The notes under the pieces: generated by a model
What the model was told of the DNA's origin: nothing
Database searches by the model: none
What the model saw: only the letters and a program-made list of their open reading frames with translations
Shown here: positions 34,121-43,174 of the stretch, one piece after another
Numbering within the stretch: the stretch's first letter is position 1
How the letters are laid out: every line of letters starts with the position of its first letter
Position numbers and translations under genes: made by a program
Virus record (IMG/VR): IMGVR_UViG_3300035665_000034
Coordinates: 1 to 61,662 of that record
Strand: one strand, 5' to 3'
Source: a virus
Taxonomy: Duplodnaviria; Caudoviricetes
Length of the DNA stretch: 61,662 bases

Positions 34121-37100
34121 AGCCCGCGCGCTTTTCACCCGAAATCGTGACGGGCACGTCGGCCACGCAGCACGCTTCACCGTCGAGCTTCTTCAAGCGC
34201 ATCGTGAGCCGCGCGCCGGGCTCGAACAGGCGTGCATCTCGCTTCGACAGGCGCGACGCGAAGCACAACGCCTTCGCGAACGAGCGCCCGCTGGCGAGCG
34301 TGATCGTCGCCATCTTCCCGCCCGAGCGGTCGACGTGCGTTCGCACGCGGACGACGAGTGCGTCGACGAGCGTGGACTGCCCTTCTTCGAGTCGTGAGAT
34401 CGTCTTCGCGAGGTCGCGCGGTTTGAGGTCGCCGGTCTCGAACGAGAGCGCAGCGCCTTCGCAGATCGGCCAGAAGTGTTCGAGCGAACACGCGCCGCGC
34501 TCCGTCGCGCTGACAAGCGCAAGACCGAGCGTGTTCTCTTTCTTCAGCACGTCGCCGAACTCGGCGAGAAGTTCAGCGTCGACACGCGTCTCGACGACGT
34601 TGCCGTCGCCCGAGCAGAGCGACGCGCGGCCCGTCTTCGCCTCGCCGCGTTTGCCCGCGAAGACCTTCAGCTTCGACGTCCTGACAAGTGCGACGCGAAC
34701 GCCCGGCCGAATCAGGTCGTGGTCGCCCGGCGTGAGCACGTCGAACGCGCTCGCCTCCCGGATCTCTTTCAGGCGTGCGTCGAAGTCGGTCAAGCCCTTG
34801 GCGTCGGCGATGAGCGGCCACACGACCGACGCGCGCTTCAGGAACTCGGCGGGCTCGAAGTCTCGGATCTCTGGCGCGATCACGATGCGCGCGCCCTTGC
34901 GATACGCCTCCCACACGAGCGGCGCGTTGACCGCGACGACGCGCGAGTTGACGTGGAGCGATCTGAACGCGCTGACCTGCGCGAGCGCGTCGAACGCTCG
35001 CACGGTGAACGAGCGCCCCGACTTCCGAACGCGCTCGATGAAGTCGCCGAGGTCGTCGTAGGGCGCGCCGTCGATCACCTGTCGCGCAGCCTTGTCGCCG
35101 ACGCCCTTCACGTCGGCGAGCGAGCCGACGATCTGCGACTTGCCGTCGACCTCGCGAAGCGAGAAACCGTGGTGCTTCACGTTCACGTCGGGAGCGACGA
35201 TCTCGATCCCGCGCTTGCGGGCTTCGGCTGCGAGGCGCAGTCGGCCGTCCTGCCTCGGCTCGGTGTCGAGCGCTGCCGCGAAGAACGCGCTCGGGTGATG
35301 TGTCTTCAGCCACGCGCACCAAAACGCGATGGCGGCGTAGGAGTACGAGTGCGCCTTGTTGAAGCCGTATTGGGCGAACCCGGTCAGGTCGGCGAACAGC
35401 TTCTCGGCGCGTTCTTCGGGCATCCCGCGCGCGATTGCGCCCTCGACGAACCGCTCCTGCTCGTCCGAGAGGCCGAGCTTCTTCGAGACCTTCTTTCGGA
35501 ACTTGTCGGCGCTCTCGTCGTCGTATCCGCAGAGGTCTTTGACGAGCGCGACAACCTGTTCTTGGTAGATCGGAACGCCGAACGTCTCGGCGAACACGCG
35601 GTCGTAAATCGGGTGAACGGCGACGACGCTCGTCGGGTCTTTCGCGCGTTCGAGGAACTTCTCGACGAGGCCGGACTTCATCGGGCCGGGGCGGTTGAGC
35701 GCAGTAATCACGGCGACGTCGGCGAACGTCGCGAAGTCGTGCCCGGCGCAGATACGCCGCGCCGACGGCGTGTCGAACTGAAACACGCCCGCGAGGTCGT
35801 TCCGCGTGAAACACGCGAGCGTGTCGACGTCCTCGAAGTCGATGTCGTTCGGCGAACTGCCCGACAGGGCGAACGCTTTCTTGAGCGTCGTCAGCGTGCG
35901 CAGCCCGAGGACGTCGAGCTTCACCAACCCCGAGCCCTCAACGCCGATCATCTCGTAGGCCGTGACTGCGACGCGCCCATGACCGTCCGTTCTCGGGCGC
36001 GATTCGAGCGGCACGATCTCGTCGAGTCGCACGCTCGACATGACGACGCCCGCCGCGTGGATTCCGATGTCGCGGATCTGCCCTTCAAGGCGCGCAGCGA
36101 CCGAGGCGACGTCTGGATAGCGGTCGGCGAACGCGCGCCCCGTAGCGGTCGTTTTCAGCGCTCGTGAGAGCGAGTCGCCGTCGCCTTCTTCGTCGGCGTC
36201 GGGGTTGGTCTCAATCGTCGCGGCGACTGCGGCGACCTCGGCCTCGGGGATCTCGAAGATGCGCCCGAGGTCTCGGATCGCGCGCTTGCCGCCGAGCGTA
36301 TTGTGCGTCGCGATTCGCGACACGCAGTCGGCGCCGTAGGCTTCGCGCAGGTAGTCGATCACGTCCTCGCGCCGGTCGCTCTCGAAGTCCGCGTCGATGT
36401 CGGGAAGGTCGATGCGGCCGGGCGCGAGGAAGCGCTCGAACGAAAGGTCGAAACGGATCGGGTCGATGTCCGTGATCCCGAGGACGTAGCAGACGAGCGA
36501 GCCCGCTGCCGAGCCTCGCCCCGGCCCGCAGAAGATTCCCTCGCGTCGCGCCCACGCGCGAACGTCCGCGACCGCGAGAAAGTACCGCTCGAAGTTCAGC
36601 GCGAAGATCGTCGCGAGTTCGTGCTTCAGGCGCGCGATGTATCGCGCGTCGAGCTTGCCTTCGAGTCGGTCGCAGCCTTCGACGACGAGCGCGCGAAGCC
36701 ACTCGCGGTCGTTCGCGAACTCGCCCGGCCTCGGCGGCGAGACGAGATAGGCGCCCGGCATCGAGGTCGCGACCTTCGCCGAGCAGCGTTCGGCGAACTC
36801 GACTGAGCCGTCGAGGGCGCGCTCGACGATGCGCGTCGGCAACGTCGGGATGTTCTTCGCGAACGCCTCGCGCATCTCGTCGCGCGACTTGAGCCAGTAG
36901 TCCCGCGCGTCGAAGACGAAGCGGTCGGGCGCGCTCATCGTCGAGCGCGTGTGAATGCAGAGCAAAGACTCCTGCGGCGCGGCGTCGCCCTTCTCGGGAT
37001 AGTGCGCGTCCTGCGTTGCGACGAACGAGGCGCCGAACGAGTCGGACAGGCGGACGAGCTTCGACGCGAGCCCGACCATGCTGGCGTCGGCGATGTGCGG

Positions 37101-37703
37101 CATGATCTCGACGAGCAGTCGGTCGCCGAACGTCTCGGCGAGCTTCGTCATTCGTTCAATCGCCGTCGCGTTCTTCCCGCTTCGGAGCGGCGAACTGATT
37201 ACGCCGCCCGGACACCCTGTCGAGACCGCGAGCCCTTCAGCGTGCTCGGCGAGCACGTCGAGGTCGATGCGCGGCTTGAAGTAGAAGCCGTCACGCCACG
37301 ACCACGACGTCAGGCGGTACAGGTTCCGCAGCCCTGCGGCGTTCGTCGCCCAAACGGTGATGTGATCGCGTTCGCGTCGCACTCTTTCGGCTTCGCGCTT
37401 CGCCTCTTTCTGCGCCGCCTTCTCGGGGAACCTGCGAACGATCTCGGCCTTCTCGTCGTCAGTGAGGCCCTGCTTTTTCGCGTCGTCCGCGAGGTACATT
37501 TCGCAACCCGGGATGAGCTTGATCCCGTTCTTCTCGGCCGACTTCGCCGCCGCGTAGAGCGAGCGCATCGTGCCGTGTTCAGTGAACGCGATGGCGGGTT
37601 GCCCGAGCCGCGCTGCCTTCTCGACGAACTCCTCGACCTTGCCGAGCCCGTCGAAGGCCGACGCGTCGGTGTGCGTGTGGAGATTCACGAAGTCGTCTTG
37701 CAT
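34116..37703 (-). CDS. dnaE: DNA polymerase III alpha subunit
   Basis: PHP LHTHT/TEHG/QDAHY, GPGRGSAAGSLV, PDIDAD, HAAGVV, KLDVLGL, FNKAHS; start placed at 37703 from promoter geometry. Confidence 0.95.
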   Translation of the reverse strand: MQDDFVNLHTHTDASAFDGLGKVEEFVEKAARLGQPAIAFTEHGTMRSLYAAAKSAEKNGIKLIPGCEMYLADDAKKQGLTDDEKAEIVRRFPEKAAQKEAKREAERVRRERDHITVWATNAAGLRNLYRLTSWSWRDGFYFKPRIDLDVLAEHAEGLAVSTGCPGGVISSPLRSGKNATAIERMTKLAETFGDRLLVEIMPHIADASMVGLASKLVRLSDSFGASFVATQDAHYPEKGDAAPQESLLCIHTRSTMSAPDRFVFDARDYWLKSRDEMREAFAKNIPTLPTRIVERALDGSVEFAERCSAKVATSMPGAYLVSPPRPGEFANDREWLRALVVEGCDRLEGKLDARYIARLKHELATIFALNFERYFLAVADVRAWARREGIFCGPGRGSAAGSLVCYVLGITDIDPIRFDLSFERFLAPGRIDLPDIDADFESDRREDVIDYLREAYGADCVSRIATHNTLGGKRAIRDLGRIFEIPEAEVAAVAATIETNPDADEEGDGDSLSRALKTTATGRAFADRYPDVASVAARLEGQIRDIGIHAAGVVMSSVRLDEIVPLESRPRTDGHGRVAVTAYEMIGVEGSGLVKLDVLGLRTLTTLKKAFALSGSSPNDIDFEDVDTLACFTRNDLAGVFQFDTPSARRICAGHDFATFADVAVITALNRPGPMKSGLVEKFLERAKDPTSVVAVHPIYDRVFAETFGVPIYQEQVVALVKDLCGYDDESADKFRKKVSKKLGLSDEQERFVEGAIARGMPEERAEKLFADLTGFAQYGFNKAHSYSYAAIAFWCAWLKTHHPSAFFAAALDTEPRQDGRLRLAAEARKRGIEIVAPDVNVKHHGFSLREVDGKSQIVGSLADVKGVGDKAARQVIDGAPYDDLGDFIERVRKSGRSFTVRAFDALAQVSAFRSLHVNSRVVAVNAPLVWEAYRKGARIVIAPEIRDFEPAEFLKRASVVWPLIADAKGLTDFDARLKEIREASAFDVLTPGDHDLIRPGVRVALVRTSKLKVFAGKRGEAKTGRASLCSGDGNVVETRVDAELLAEFGDVLKKENTLGLALVSATERGACSLEHFWPICEGAALSFETGDLKPRDLAKTISRLEEGQSTLVDALVVRVRTHVDRSGGKMATITLASGRSFAKALCFASRLSKRDARLFEPGARLTMRLKKLDGEACCVADVPVTISGEKRAGS

Positions 37704-37710
37704 GGTCCCC

Positions 37711-37738
37711 ATACGCTGAACGTCGCCCTGCCTTTACG
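37711..37738 (-). promoter_or_regulatory. ECF-type promoter (copy 7), 7 nt before dnaE ATG
   Basis: CGTAAA-N17-CGTAT; contains primase TAA. Confidence 0.75.
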
Positions 37739-38636
37739 AGCCCGTGCGCTTCAGCGCGTGCGCGATCTGCTCGGGCGTCGCGCTGCCCGGGTCGACGCCC
37801 GGGTCGAGCTTCGCGACGGACGACGAGATCCCGATCTCTTTCAGCGCAACGCAGAGCGTTCTCGCTTCGCGCGGCGCCTCGGGGTCGAGCATCACGTCGA
37901 CGTGCGAAGGGTCGAGCTTGGCGATTGCGAGGATCTGCCCTGCGTCTGCGACCTTCCCGAACAGGCCGACCGCGAGGACGCCCGCGCGGGCGCAGCCGAG
38001 GACGTCGAAGGCGCCCTCGACGACGGCGAGCCTTCGCCCTGTCCCGATGAGATCGTGACCGAACAGAAGCCCGAAGCGCGAGCCTGAAGGCCCGAGGTAG
38101 CGCGGCTCGCGGTCGTCGACTGCGCGCGCCTGAAAGAACCGAAGCTCGCCGGTCATGTAGCACGGCAAGATCACGCGCTTCGCGTAGCGTCCCGAGTTCG
38201 CGAACCCGAGCCCGAAGCGAGCAGCGATCTTCGGCGACACGTCGCGGCGCGTCAGGTAGGCAGGCACTCGCCAGCGCAGGCCGTCGAAGACGGGCTCGAA
38301 CTCGTCGGGCAGCGTGATCGACCTCGGCTCGACGAACGGTTTGCGGACGCCCTTCTCGATGCGCCCGCGCGCGGTTCGCGCGTCGAACAAGTCGGCCTCT
38401 TGGACGCGCTTCTTCGCCTCGGCAAACGGCACTTCGTCGACTGCCGCGATGAGCGTCGCGAGCGAACCGCGTTCGTCGCAGCGGTAGCAGATCCAGCGCC
38501 CGTTGACCGCCGAGACGTAGAGCTTGCGCTCGGCGTCGCAGAACGGGCAGTCGCACACAATCTGCTCGCCGCTCGAACCTGCGCTCTTGCCGCGAACGTC
38601 GAGACGTTCGGAAACGATCTGCTCGACGTCGATCAT
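37734..38636 (-). CDS. DNA primase (Zn finger plus TOPRIM)
   Basis: CPFC...WICYRC; VVEGAFD; LDPE; DPG. Confidence 0.9.
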   Translation of the reverse strand: MIDVEQIVSERLDVRGKSAGSSGEQIVCDCPFCDAERKLYVSAVNGRWICYRCDERGSLATLIAAVDEVPFAEAKKRVQEADLFDARTARGRIEKGVRKPFVEPRSITLPDEFEPVFDGLRWRVPAYLTRRDVSPKIAARFGLGFANSGRYAKRVILPCYMTGELRFFQARAVDDREPRYLGPSGSRFGLLFGHDLIGTGRRLAVVEGAFDVLGCARAGVLAVGLFGKVADAGQILAIAKLDPSHVDVMLDPEAPREARTLCVALKEIGISSSVAKLDPGVDPGSATPEQIAHALKRTGS

Positions 38637-38890
38637 GCGTGTTCGCTCTCGTGAACAGGCACCGCGCAGCGCGACGCTTTGCGGATCGCCTCGACCTTCG
38701 GGTCGCCCACGCGAACGACGTGGAGCCCGAAGCGCTCGCCGTGGATCGCGATCAACGCGCCGAGCGCCCATTCAGGCGTCGGCGAGCGCATCTTGTAGGG
38801 CGTGCCGAGGACTGACGCGACGAACCTGCTCCCGTCGCGTTCGACGACGACGAGGTGATGCGCGCGGCGGTGCGGTGCCCACTCACTCAT
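38633..38890 (-). CDS. hypothetical protein
   Basis: Overlaps both neighbours. Confidence 0.5.
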   Translation of the reverse strand: MSEWAPHRRAHHLVVVERDGSRFVASVLGTPYKMRSPTPEWALGALIAIHGERFGLHVVRVGDPKVEAIRKASRCAVPVHESEHA

Positions 38891-40211
38891 CGCCCGACGA
38901 CGCCTCCGAAGCCGTCTCGTGGAACTCGCCGGTCGCGAGGTGCGCGTCGACGTAGATCGTGAAGTGCTTCACGCTCCCGAGTCGGTTCTTCATCACGACG
39001 AAGCGAAGCGACTTCGTGCCCGCTTCTTCGTCCGCGTCGCCTTCCATCATGCCGAGCATCGTGTCGGCGATGCGTGCCTTGTCGTAGCTCTCGGCGACGG
39101 CCGCAGACGTCAACGACTTGCCCTCGAACGCCTTCGGCGCCTGCGTCGTCGACCAGACGGTGACAGGCGCCAAGCGCGAATCGACCGCGATGGCCTTGAG
39201 GCCCCAATACACCGCCGACGCGCCGAGCCGGTGCGACTCGACCTTGCCGGGCGGCGAGAGATGATCCGCAGAGTCGACGACGAGAACGATCTCGGCCTTC
39301 GGGTTCGCCTCGCGGATGCGCTGAACGTAGACGCGGAGCGCGCTCGCCTTCGACTGCGGCGGCAGTTCGCGGATGTGCAAGCGCTCGACGATGTGCCCCA
39401 TTTTCTTGAAGCGAGAGCGGAACGTGTCGGCGTCTGCGGCGGTCATGCCCGGCCCGATGCGTTCGCGAGAGATCCCGGTCAGGCGCGCGTCGTAACGCGT
39501 CGACAGTTCGCCGATGGTCTCCTCGGTCGCGACGTGGATCACGATTGCGCCGGGCGACTTCGTGAGCGCGTTCCAGCCGATGTCTACGGCGAACGTGCTC
39601 TTGCCGACGTTCGTCAACGCGACGACGAGATTCACAGTTCCCGAGTTCACGCCGCCGTTTGTGATCCTGTCGAACGTCGGGAGCGGCGTCCGAATCTTGA
39701 CCTTCTTCGCGCCGGGCGACGTGAACTTCGCGAGTCGTTCTTCCCACGCTGACCAATCGACTTCTTCTTCGAGGATCGACGCAGCGCGGGCAGCTTCGAG
39801 CCCTTCGTGAAGCGCGGCGTCGGCTGCTTCGAGGTCGCCGTCTTCGATGCCTTCGAGCGCTGCGCCTGCGGCGCGTCGCATCGCGGCGGTCCTGACGAGA
39901 TCGCGCAGACGCTCCAGACTCGACTTCGGCGACGGCACCTTGCGTCTGCGAAGCTCGACGAGCGAGCGCGCGGCAAGCTCGAAGTCCTCGGCGCGCTTGA
40001 AGTGCGCTTCGAGTTCTTCAGCCCAATGCAGAGGCGACGGAAGCTCGCCCGTGCGCGCGTGATTCTCCGAGAGGATCTTCCAGATCGTCGCGCTCGTCTT
40101 CGACGAGAACGAACGCCCCGCCAGAACGACGGTCGCGCTCGAAGTGAACGACGCGTCGCGCAGCGCTTGAGCGAGGACGTCGCGCTCAAGTTCGACGTCG
40201 TAGTCTTTCAC
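38883..40211 (-). CDS. DnaB-like replicative helicase
   Basis: ALTNVGKS, ATEE, VVDSADHL, TTQ, KNR. Confidence 0.9.
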   Translation of the reverse strand: MKDYDVELERDVLAQALRDASFTSSATVVLAGRSFSSKTSATIWKILSENHARTGELPSPLHWAEELEAHFKRAEDFELAARSLVELRRRKVPSPKSSLERLRDLVRTAAMRRAAGAALEGIEDGDLEAADAALHEGLEAARAASILEEEVDWSAWEERLAKFTSPGAKKVKIRTPLPTFDRITNGGVNSGTVNLVVALTNVGKSTFAVDIGWNALTKSPGAIVIHVATEETIGELSTRYDARLTGISRERIGPGMTAADADTFRSRFKKMGHIVERLHIRELPPQSKASALRVYVQRIREANPKAEIVLVVDSADHLSPPGKVESHRLGASAVYWGLKAIAVDSRLAPVTVWSTTQAPKAFEGKSLTSAAVAESYDKARIADTMLGMMEGDADEEAGTKSLRFVVMKNRLGSVKHFTIYVDAHLATGEFHETASEASSGDE

Positions 40212-41077
40212 GGCTTCGACTCGACGAACCCGATCTCGCGGGCGTGCTCGACGACGAGCGCGACCGCTTCGACGACCTCTTTCGGAACGTCGGGCGGCAG
40301 CGCGCGGCCCTCGTTCACGCGGGCGAAGTTCGCGAGCACTTGATCAACCGATCCCGAGAACCCGCGTTCGCGCAGGAACCGGCGCAGCGACTTCGAGTCG
40401 ATCACCTTCTTCGGGCGCGCGGCGAGGAACGTCGCGACGAAAGTCTCGGACTTCAGGAGCGAGTATGGGGGGAACGTCCCGCCACCGGACATGCGTGCGA
40501 AGGCGTCGGCGACGTGTTCGACGTAGGCGCGAAACGTGTCGGGCTTCACGCCCTGCGACTCGATGAACGCTTGCGTCTTCGCGAGTTCGTTCGACGCGCG
40601 CCGGGTGAGTTCGTACTCGGGTTGCGGGCGGCGTCTGCGCCCGCGATACGCGAGAGCCAGCGCGCACGGTTCGTCGTCGCCTTCAGGTGCACGAGAGCGC
40701 GGCTTCTTCCTGCGCTTGTCGGCCTCGAACACGACGCGCGCAACCTCGCGAACCGACTTCGCGATCATGCTGAACGCGATCACGTCGACCGCGCCCTCGG
40801 GCGAGGCGAAGAAGCAGCCGCTCGGCGGTTGCCCCCGCGTGCTCTCGAAACACGACTCACCTTCAGCGTGTCGGTGGACTTCGGTCGCGAGCACTTCGAC
40901 GCGGTGCCCGCGTCGCTCGACGAGACCCTTCGCTTCGAGCGCGTCGACGAGCGTCTTCGCTCGTTGGACGGACACGCCGAGGCGCGCGGCGACCGTCGTG
41001 ATCGGGCCGCGTGCGCTTTGGACGTGCGAAAGATGCGCGAGAGCATCGCCCTCGCGACGTGTGATCTTGTTCTCCAT
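40208..41077 (-). CDS. winged-HTH protein, candidate replication initiator/loader
   Basis: ITTVAARLGVSVQRAKTLVDALEAKGLVER; directly upstream of helicase. Confidence 0.55.
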   Translation of the reverse strand: MENKITRREGDALAHLSHVQSARGPITTVAARLGVSVQRAKTLVDALEAKGLVERRGHRVEVLATEVHRHAEGESCFESTRGQPPSGCFFASPEGAVDVIAFSMIAKSVREVARVVFEADKRRKKPRSRAPEGDDEPCALALAYRGRRRRPQPEYELTRRASNELAKTQAFIESQGVKPDTFRAYVEHVADAFARMSGGGTFPPYSLLKSETFVATFLAARPKKVIDSKSLRRFLRERGFSGSVDQVLANFARVNEGRALPPDVPKEVVEAVALVVEHAREIGFVESKP

Positions 41078-41100
41078 GTTCTCCCCTTCATCGGCCCGCA

Positions 41101-41177
41101 CTCCCCGTAAAGGGGAGCCCCGGGCGACGCCGTTCCAAAGCGTCGCCCGGGGTTGGAACACGGGCCTGCCGTCAGGC
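41101..41177 (-). ncRNA. structured cis element: hairpins plus potential pseudoknot
   Basis: 13-bp perfect stem 41118-41130/41140-41152; loop GTTCCAA complementary to adjacent TTGGAAC. Confidence 0.55.
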
Positions 41178-41190
41178 GGCGAGTTGCGAA

Positions 41191-42570
41191 TTACCCAATG
41201 GCCCCCGCGATTGCAATCGGGAACTTGAACGACCGATACAGCCGAAGCCGCTCCTCGGTTTGGCGAGCGAAAGCGGGATGATGAACGTCCACGAAGTCGA
41301 CGATCCGCGCTTCGCGTTTCCCTTCGTGCGGCGTCATACAGCGGAGGCGTTGTGTCGCGCTCGCGCTCGCGCCGCCGCCCTCGGCGTTCACGACCGCGCC
41401 GAGTTCGGGGATGTCGACGCCCTCGCCGAGAACCGTCCCGACGACGACTTTCACGACGCCTGCTCGAAGCCCTGCGACGGCGCGGTCTCGATCTTCGACC
41501 GACGTCGAGCCCGTCAGAAGTGCGATCTCTTTCGGCTTCAGTTCGGCACGCAGTTCAGAGACGAGCATCCGAGCGTGCCCGACGCGCGACGTGTCGACGA
41601 GAACCGAGAAGCCGTCGCGCACGAGGCCGAACGTTGCCGAGGCAATCGCCTTGTTCCGCGCGTCGCACTTCACGATCCCGTCCGAGTAGGTCGTCTTTTG
41701 CCAGCGCTCGGGCATCGACGGCGCGTCGTACTTCACGAACGTCACCGACGGCCGAACGAGAACGCCGCGCGCGATAAGGTCGACGAGCCCGACGCGATAG
41801 ACGACCGGGCCGATGGCGCGTTCGAGTAGCAGCGTCGAGCGCAGGTCGTCGGGAACGGTGCCGCTCAACCCGATCTTGAACGCGCACTCAAGCTGACGCA
41901 CGACGTCGGCCCACGCGTCGCCGAAGCCGACAACGTGGTGCGCCTCGTCGACGAAGCACGTCCCGAACGAACTTCGGAACGTCTTCCACCACGCCGTCTC
42001 CGAGCGTGCCGCGAGCGCCTGAATCGACGCGATCACGACGTCGCCCGTGTCGTCGTTCTCGCCTGAGCCGACGACGGTCACGCGAGCGCCCGAGAGCGAA
42101 CGCTCGAACGTCTCGCGAGCCTGCGCGACGAGGAAGTCCGAAGGCGCAACGAACAGGGTGCGAAGACCTGCGCTCCGCGCGATGCGTGCGGCGCACGTCG
42201 TCTTGCCCGAACGAATCGGGAGCGCGAGCACGGCGCGACCGAACGGGGCCTTGAGCGCTTCGAGCACGGCCTGAAGCTGATAGTCGCGAGGCTCGTGCCC
42301 CGTCCAGACCGTATCGATGCCGCGCACCCTTGGCGGGCCGTCCTCGGAGTAGGTGTACGACAACCCGTCGAGCAGCTTCGCGACCCGGGGCATGAGGCCC
42401 CGCTCGAAGTCGAACGCGCCACGGTTGCGCCGGAAGACCTTCGAGCGCCCGTCCCACGTTCCGTTCCGAAACGTAGGCGCGAACTCCGCGCCGGGCACCG
42501 CGAACGAGAGACCCGCCGTGAGGCGCTTCTCGATCTCCGCGAAGTCGTCGTTCGATGGGGTCAGCTTCAT
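41191..42570 (-). CDS. SF2 (DEAH) helicase, UvsW-like
   Basis: PRDYQ, SGKT, VDEAHH, LSGT, GEGVDIP, IVDFVD. Confidence 0.9.
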   Translation of the reverse strand: MKLTPSNDDFAEIEKRLTAGLSFAVPGAEFAPTFRNGTWDGRSKVFRRNRGAFDFERGLMPRVAKLLDGLSYTYSEDGPPRVRGIDTVWTGHEPRDYQLQAVLEALKAPFGRAVLALPIRSGKTTCAARIARSAGLRTLFVAPSDFLVAQARETFERSLSGARVTVVGSGENDDTGDVVIASIQALAARSETAWWKTFRSSFGTCFVDEAHHVVGFGDAWADVVRQLECAFKIGLSGTVPDDLRSTLLLERAIGPVVYRVGLVDLIARGVLVRPSVTFVKYDAPSMPERWQKTTYSDGIVKCDARNKAIASATFGLVRDGFSVLVDTSRVGHARMLVSELRAELKPKEIALLTGSTSVEDRDRAVAGLRAGVVKVVVGTVLGEGVDIPELGAVVNAEGGGASASATQRLRCMTPHEGKREARIVDFVDVHHPAFARQTEERLRLYRSFKFPIAIAGAIG

Positions 42571-42578
42571 GGACCCTG

Positions 42579-42606
42579 ATACGCGAACCGAGGGCGACTC
42601 TTTACG
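42579..42606 (-). promoter_or_regulatory. ECF-type promoter (copy 8), 8 nt before ATG
   Basis: CGTAAA-N17-CGTAT. Confidence 0.75.
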
Positions 42607-42619
42607 CCTGATGCCTCGA

Positions 42620-42870
42620 TAAATTTCAACGAATGCACGTCGCCCTGTAGTTCAACAAAAAAGACATATATGAGAGCATTCGTTTAGATTCGCGTAAGCC
42701 CTCGGAATCATTGAGCATTACTGTAAACTAGCGCGAAAATCCGCTTCGCATTCGTTTAGATTTCTGCAAGCCCTCGGAATCACTAGGGATTTCAGCAAAA
42801 ATGACGCACCTTTGACGCGGTGCATTCGTTTAGATTTCGCTGATGTGTGTCGGTGTAATCGTTGAAATTT
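42620..42870. repeat. AT-rich region with three GCATTCGTTTAGATT direct repeats; candidate replication origin
   Basis: Copies at 42676, 42748 and 42822 (72 and 74 bp apart). Confidence 0.6.
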
Positions 42871-42877
42871 GGAGACG

Positions 42878-43174
42878 TCAGCGCGGCTTGATCTTGGCCT
42901 GCGCCTTCTCGATCTCGACGGCCTGCGCTTGAAGGTCGACGGCGGCAGATTCGAGCGCCTTCACGTCGGGCTCCATGCGCGACGACTGCGCGGCGACAAG
43001 TCGCGCGGCGCTCGGAGCGGGCGCAGGCTCGCGAACTGCTTTCGGCACCGACGCCACGAGTCCGAGCACAACGATCACGAGGAACAGCCCGAGAAGAACA
43101 CCCGCGAAAATGTTCTTCGCGCCGTCGCGATCATCTGCGGCGTTGCGTGCTCCTGAGTTGCTCCAAGAGGTCAT
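42878..43174 (-). CDS. membrane-anchored coiled-coil protein (spanin-like, tentative)
   Basis: Single TM helix followed by coiled coil; start uncertain. Confidence 0.45.
   Translation of the reverse strand: MTSWSNSGARNAADDRDGAKNIFAGVLLGLFLVIVVLGLVASVPKAVREPAPAPSAARLVAAQSSRMEPDVKALESAAVDLQAQAVEIEKAQAKIKPR

Noticed and set aside
41105-41135. + strand CGTAAA as a ninth ECF-type promoter
   Set aside because: No CGTA 17 nt downstream; it overlaps a hairpin loop.
42676-42860. Mini-CRISPR array (36-bp unit, 72-74 bp period)
   Set aside because: The two long copies differ at several internal positions, the third keeps only ~16 bp, there is no typical repeat terminus or palindrome, and no cas genes; iterons fit better.
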